From assembly GCF_902459465.1 (NCBI RefSeq), contig NC_047083.1, positions 10,230,001 through 10,294,000 of the forward strand: 64,000 bases of DNA, given 5' to 3'. This DNA comes from Asterias rubens. Its lineage: Eukaryota. This document shows, piece after piece, positions 47,171 to 64,000 of the stretch (position 1 is the first letter of the stretch; every line of letters starts with the position of its first letter). The notes under the pieces were generated by a model that was given only the letters and a program-made list of their open reading frames with translations, was not told the DNA's origin and searched no databases. The position numbers and the translations under genes were made by a program.

Positions 47171-50100
47171 TTACTCAAATTTCTTACCCAATCTATTTTT
47201 CAATATAACGGGTAGTATAGACACAATAGCTAGTACGGCTAAAACAATAACTGAAGTCCATGATACAGTGTCTCCATAGTGACTCAAGTCATATAAAGTA
47301 GTTCCGGCTTGAATTGCTACAAATGACGGGGGAGCTACTCCTAGAAAAAACACAAGAGAAGATCATTATTCAGCCAGGATGTACTAACAATGTATGTTTT
47401 ATAAGTGACCTTATAATCTCTTAGAGCTTCATCCTCATTTAAGAAGAGCAACCCTACTCTTGGTTCGGGATGCAAGTCAGAAGCCATACAACTGCTAGGT
47501 AGCCGGGGATCGCACCCAAGTTACGATACAACCTTGGAAGCGGTAGCCAGGGACTTTTTATTTCAGATATCATTTTTATAAAAGATACATTAATGTTTGA
47601 ACTAACAAAAACACTTGACATACCTAAGAATGTCCCAATGAAGAATGGTGTAATGGGAACTTTGAGGACTGGTGAGGTAATATTGATGAACCAATTAGGC
47701 AGAAACGGCGTGATTCGTAGAAAAATAATATAGTTCAGCAGATGCTCTTGCTGTTTGGCGACCTGGAAAACAAAAAGGAAATAATACTGTATATTAGAAC
47801 TTTGTTATAACTTGATCCATCGTACACTGCACTCAACAAAGTAGCCTTTTGAGGAAAGATTTACAGAATCCCTAATATCAATTAAGAATTGAAACAACTT
47901 TTTCAGAGCATCAAAGATCTGTTCATGTTGCTGCCACAGATCTTTGTCTTATGGTATTATGTATGCTTCAATAATCAACACAATTAAATTTTACATAGAT
48001 AGTATGTTTTTCGTCAAGGAGGTACATTTACTCAATGGAAAAACTCAAGTCAGCCGGACTTTTCCGGTTAATACGAGTTATCTGGCCCCATTGCTTAAAA
48101 CTTAAACATTGCCCTTCCTTGATCTCTAACAAATAATGTCAAAATGAGAAACAAAAATTAAAAATGAAGATCTTTATCTTTCCTGTACGGCCATCTGCTT
48201 TTTTTTGCTGCATAAATTATTGCAAAGTTTTTATTTCATTTCATTTCTAACAATTCACAAAGTACAAATGGAAACAGTTACTCAAAAGATTTCTATCTGA
48301 CGTTGTTTTTGGATAAATAAAACACAATAGTGAACAAACAAGTGTTTTGGTAGGTACTGCTTGTTATTGAAAACATTAATCACTATGAAATAAGCCACGT
48401 AACTCACCGTTTTAGACCAACTCTCTACTTTCTCTGGTATATACTTCATAACAAGGCGTACACCGACGAGGTAGGATATTAAATAACAATTAGACGCTCC
48501 AATGGCTGAACACTGCAGATTAAAAAGAACAAAAACAAACCATTTTGTTATTTCCATTTTAGTGACTCAGGAAATTTTCTTCTAGAAAAACTTCCTTGCT
48601 TAGAGAGGTACAGCAGCTTTCGATAGTACATTTTGTGAATCATTTCACTTTGAAGTATCATGTGGTTATGGACAAAAAATAGTTGCTACCCATCAAAATT
48701 TTAAATAATAAGCTTTTAATGATGCCATTTATTTAGTGGTACTTACCAAACAAACCAGGAGTAATGCAAGAGGGAATGGGAACAAGAACCCAGACAGAAT
48801 GCTGAGAAAGATGGAGCCTGGAATTGCAAATGTCTGTAAACTAAAAACAGCTAAGGAATACAAGATAGAATCATTTTTTTAGTGTTCTTAATTGCTATCT
48901 CTTCATTAATTCAGCCATGATATTTGGTCCCTGGAAAAAAGGGACAATTTTATTGAGTAAATCTATATGGTGGAGGCTTAACAGCTTAATAGACTTTTTC
49001 AAGCTATTTCATCAGGCAAGTAGGGTACCCTTCAAAAAACAAATCAACAAACAAACAAACTAATTGATTCAAAATGCTTTGAACTCAAGATACAAAAGGA
49101 TACAATATATAAGTTATGAAGAATGCCACTAAGACAGTGACGTAGTACGTTTTACTATAGCGAGATAAGACTCTTCCTAGTGCTTTGGCATCTTCAATAT
49201 CTCTTGGCAGTTTGATGTACTGGACCTCATCTCTGCAGAGAAAAAAACAAACATTTAGATGGTTAGCAATCTTCAATGAACAAGCTAGCGAATACGTGCA
49301 AGGTGCGATCATTGAATGAAAGGTCTTGAACTTCACTCTTGAAAGAACCCAGCAATTTTCCTCTGGTAAGGGGAACATCTAGAAGAAAAATGTAAGCAGG
49401 CCTGTTATACATAACGGAGACAACGAAGGCGATTGCCTCCATGCCCCCTGGTTATTGCCTTGGTGCCCTTGAAAAAATACCATTAGAAATTTGCAATTTC
49501 CTCATATGGTGCGCTTTACCAAGAAGAAAAAGCCTTGGTGCCCTTGCCCTTTAAAAAACGAAGTTTGCGGGCCTGTGTAAGTTTGAAGTGGAACCTTGCA
49601 AAGGGCACAACAGCGACATTTGCAACATTACAACAGTTCAATAGATTTGTTACATATTCCAATTCCAAATATTATTTTATGCTGTCGATTTTTTTTAGTT
49701 ATTAACTAATACTTACGGATCCAGTTGTGGGAAACTGTAGTAAACAAACGTCATAAAACCTAATGCTGAGAAGAATATCAGAGCAAGAATAATGAAAGAT
49801 CTGGTCGTTTTACCCGGCTGGTCATCAGGTGGTGACTCATCTGCAGATTCAAAAAAGAAAAATTAACAAACGTTATTAAATTTGAAAGAAAGATGTAAAA
49901 TTCAACCCCCCCCCCCCCCCCCCCCCCCAGCACAATTTATCATAACTGCATGATTGCTCTTGCGTCTTATTTATTAATTAATCAACACTAAGTCTAATTA
50001 ATATGATTAATCATAAATAACTTAAATTAAAAAGAGAGTACAGACAGTGGACCATGGCGGAGTATGTATAGTTGCGATAACGTAACCCTCCTCCCGACGG

Positions 50101-50635
50101 CCGCTGGCGGTCGTCGGGAGGAGGGTTACGTTAGTCGAGTAGGCCTATAGAAAAACTGAGATTCTTGAGAAGAATAATTTGCATTTTTGGGGCTTATTTT
50201 TAATTGCAATTTTTTTCCCCTATTAAAAATACTACATTTACAATGATTTACTGATACTAATAGTATTATAAAAATTAGCATTGCAAAGCATTGGTAGACA
50301 AGAAGAAGAAGAGTTAGTTATGTGTACATGTAGTTATCTTTGTTTATGAATTGGTGTTTACTGTATCCGGTCTTTGTTGTCATCATGCAGTGAACATGTG
50401 ACCATCTAAAAATGTCAGTTCAGGTGGTCAATTTCATCATTCGATCCGACCATGACCGGTGAATGATGTACAGTTCAGAAGTCTGATTATTTACACCACT
50501 AAATCACCATTGTTTTAACCAAAAGTTACACAAATAATACCTTCATAGTTAGTCTTATAACTCACCAATTTTTGAGGAATTATCTGGATTTTCTCCTCTA
50601 ATAGGAGCCCGTTTATAAACCGTTTCAGTAGCCAT
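47171..50635 (-). CDS. TMEM41B: TMEM41B / stasimon (DedA/VTT-domain ER lipid scramblase)
   Basis: Exons 50635-50566, 49840-49717, 49232-49104, 48840-48747, 48512-48408, 47762-47624, 47340-47171; phases are consistent. LPRDIEDAKALGRVLSRY, FLQTFAIPGSIFLSILSGFL, FLRITPFLPNWFINITSP, GVAPPSFVAIQAGTTL, C-terminal KKFE*. Confidence 0.95.
48841..49103 (-). other. U12-type (minor spliceosome) GT-AG intron 3 of TMEM41B
   Basis: 5' splice site GTATCCTTTT (49103-49094). Branch-point-like TTCCTTAGC lies about 10 nt upstream of the 3' AG, and there is no long pyrimidine tract. Confidence 0.88.
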
Positions 50636-51158
50636 AATTCTTGGATTGCACTCCGCTTTTCGGCAAAATTTAGCTGAGTAACACTTAAAAACATCGACTT
50701 GGAGGAGGTATACTTGTTCCCAGGGCTAAAGTCACACATTGCTCGACCCCGCAACATCATCTGGGCCTGTGTATGTGAGGGTATTCGTTTGTGAAGCTTC
50801 TTCACCAACAAGTGAGTTACCCCTCCTGTTACTGTATGGGTTGTAGATCGAAATCATTTATTTATACAAGTCATTGTAATTCATTAATTAAATATTTTAA
50901 TTAAATTAGTAATATTAAAAATAACACATTAATTTTTTCATTTCTTTAAAAAAATATATAATTAGCTATTTGTAAAATAATTTCAAATTGTATTATGGAA
51001 ATAATATGAAATATATAACACTTCGATTTTGAGCTATATATAAATGAATGAGTATTTTCTTTTTGGAATGTGGTGGTAATTTCGATTTTGTCACTTAGGA
51101 AACCGAGATAGTGAGGCGTCAGTTTTTTTCTTGTTTTTCATCCAAGATTTATGAATGA

Positions 51159-61571
<10,413 letters not shown>

Positions 61572-61919
61572 TAAGTAGTATTCTTATTATGCCCATTTGA
61601 TGATTGTTCCCAATTAAAGATACTCTCTCTCCAGTGCAGTGGCGCAAAATGCGCTTCGGTGGTCATAACAAGTTAACACCAACCATCCCAGATCAGCTGC
61701 TGATCTCGCTGCAGCTGCCATACCCTGTCCAGTCCACTTCTTAATGTCAGTTATCTAAGATGTTCCTGGACGACCTCTCCTTCTCTTTCCCTCCACTGAC
61801 TCCTGGATTATTTCTATTGATCCAACAGGCCTACTTGTAGTCATAAGAAAGGATTACAGTGATAGAAAAGACTGTAGTCACTCTAATTCAGACAGTTTCT
61901 CAATTTGAGACTTTATTTT

Positions 61920-62210
61920 TGGGACAGCTACTTAAGTTGGGGCAATTACTTATGTTGGGACAGTGACATAAGTTGGGATAGTGACTTCAGTCGGGACAGC
62001 TACTTAAGTTGGGACAGTAACTGTTGCGCAAGTTGGGACAGTTAATACTGAAGTTGGGGCAATTACTTAGGTTGGTTAAGTGACTTAGGTTGGGACAATG
62101 ACTTAGGTTGGGACAATGACTTAGGTTGGGACAATGACTTAGGTTGGGACAATGACTTAGATTGGGACAATGACTCAAGTTGGGACAGTCACTCAAGTTG
62201 GGACACTTAG
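61920..62210. repeat. Degenerate 18-bp repeat (TGACTTAGGTTGGGACAA)
   Basis: Recurrent AGTTGGGACA / GGTTGGGACA. A similar motif occurs at 9205-9275. Confidence 0.85.
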
Positions 62211-62547
62211 TTTATGTAATGTAAGTGTTGGTGTAATTTTAATTCAAGAAAAGACTTTGCAATGGCTTTGCAACAAACATTCCAAGTAAATCTATTCCAG
62301 TCACCTCGTTGTGCCATGAGTAAAGAAAACACAGTTTAAGGAATGTTGAGCTCAGGTTTGGACTTCATTGTTGATTGTGGCCCTACAACAATAACTCATA
62401 TTTGCCAACATTCCTGCTCATCAAGCGGAAACTGTTGAATGCACTTATTTTAATGTTTTGGGATTCCCAGAATGTATACCTGGCTCCATGCCTAAACAGG
62501 GTTTGTTTGGATATGCACGGAATCAATCAAATTCAGACTCTGCTAAG

Positions 62548-62830
62548 ATTGGTATACCTGGCCTCATGCTAAGCATGGTTGGTTTGGCTGTGCAGTACTG
62601 AACCCATCAAACTCAGACCCTGGTAAAGATTGGTATGCCTGGCCTCATGCTAAGCATGGTTGGTTTGGCTGTCCAGTACTGAATCCTTCAAACTCAGACT
62701 CTGCTAAGATTGGTATACCTGGCCTCATGCTAAGCTTGGTTGGTTTGGCTGTGCAGTACTGAACCCATCAAACTCAGACCCTGGTAAAGATTGGTATGCC
62801 TGGCCTCATGCTAAGCATGGTTGGTTTGGC
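62548..62830. repeat. 80/81-bp alternating tandem repeat, about 3.5 units
   Basis: ATTGGTAT(A/G)CCTGGCCTCATGCTAAGC at 62548, 62629, 62709 and 62790. Confidence 0.9.
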
Positions 62831-63759
62831 TGAACATCGCATGTTAAGCAAGTTTGGTTTTGGCGTGTTTGGTTTGGCTGAGCATACTGTACTAATTAGA
62901 GTGTTTGGTTTGGCTGAGCATATCATGCTAAGCGTGTTTGATTTGATATAAGACTTCCATGCTAAGCGTGTTTGGTTTGACTAAGCATCCCATACTAAGC
63001 ATGGTTGGTTGGGCAGAGCAGAACTTCACTAGGAATTTCAGTTTTTAGGATAACAAAAAAAGCCCCTGGTTTTTCTGTGAAATGCATTCAAAGTTAACAA
63101 TGATCAAACCAATTGAACTTTTCTGTGAACATGTTTGGTTGAAGTACGACTCGGATTGGCCTGAAAGGATTGTTGTTTGTGCTGACTAAGGCTGGGAACG
63201 AAGCTGTTGCTATGTTATGATTCAGTTTTGTGTTGACGTAGAAACTTGTTTTGTCCGAGGGGGTTCAAAGTCTGACTTATGCTTCATTGCTTGACTATAC
63301 ACTTCAGTATTTGAGCTGAAGGTAGAACGAAGAATTGGACTCTGCTTATTCAGTATGTGGAGTTCGTTTAGGTTTAACAATGTCAAAGTCACGTTTCAAT
63401 GTTTGTGGTTTCGGCTGTTTGCAAAAATACGTGATCGCATTCAAACTTAAGGTTAGGCCCTATTGAAACTCAGTGAGTGTTTTTGAGCATTGCAAAGTTA
63501 TCGGTAAAAATACACGTTTTTGTGCAATATGGGGTTTAACCTACCATAGGGAAGGAAAAGTGAAGTTGAAGTTTTGGTACAAAGGGCAAAACGTGATCAA
63601 TATTTAAACTGACCTTAGTAAAAAATATCTGTTTATATATGGGAAACACTGCATGATTTTCAATTCAATCCAATAATTTATTTGTCCATTAAAAAGATAA
63701 AAATGGAAAATTTACATGTCAAAACATTGATAACAAGCTCCTTTGCCATTCCATTAAAG

Positions 63760-63978
63760 TTCGTTAAGGGGCTTAAGGATATAGATGCCAGAAGTCTTTT
63801 CACATTCTCACAAACAAGTAGCACAAGAGGGCATGACATGAAGCTCTTCAAATGCAGGCTAAACAAAGGGCACAATCTCAGAAAATACTTCTTCACACAG
63901 CAAGTGGTAGACAACTGGAATAGACTCCCAGCAAAAGTGGTCTATGCTAGGACAAAAAAATCAGTTCAAAAACAGCTT
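63760..63978 (+). mobile_element. 3' fragment of a CR1/L2-group LINE ORF2
   Basis: ...KGLKDID...TRGHDMKLFK...RKYFFTQQVVDNWNRLPAKVV..., the typical CR1-group C-terminal motif TRGH...FF...VV..WN.LP. Confidence 0.85.
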
Positions 63979-64000
63979 TGACAAATACCTGAGTGAAAAT

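Noticed and set aside
50515-50811. 98-aa minus-strand ORF
   Set aside because: The real TMEM41B first exon (50635-50566) is in another frame, whose phase fits exon 2.
61987-62196. Minus-strand CPNLSH-repeat ORF
   Set aside because: Translation of the 18-bp repeat; no start or splice support.

Overview
AT-rich, intron-rich animal genomic DNA. An invertebrate deuterostome such as a sea star is my inference from protein and repeat style; I have not verified it. Nine protein genes were rebuilt by hand from splice sites and recalled homology. In order: nucleobindin (-, runs off the left edge), SIRT3-like sirtuin (+), POFUT1 (+), CRP/CSRP two-LIM protein (+), an SLC16/MCT-type transporter (+), an intronless C-type lectin+PAN gene (-) followed by a broken paralog, FKBP4/5 (+), TMEM41B (-, with a U12-type intron) and TTLL1 (+, probably continuing off the right edge). 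Introns and intergenic DNA hold many MITEs (TTAA/Kolobok-like, TAA and other 3-bp-TSD Harbinger-like), tRNA-derived SINEs, a CR1 fragment and several minisatellite arrays. Main leads: (1) a family of short retroelements headed by a minimal type I hammerhead ribozyme, with one intact core at 46204-46247 plus broken copies (Penelope/retrozyme-like); (2) a POFUT1 lacking a KDEL-like ER-retrieval signal and carrying a long N-terminal extension; (3) arrays apparently amplified from a MITE arm and from a tRNA-SINE head; (4) a duplicated half-exon in CRP that would act as a poison exon; (5) a perfect four-unit heat-shock element in FKBP4. No CRISPR, rRNA or convincing functional tRNA gene was seen. 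All homology calls rest on recalled family motifs, not database searches.
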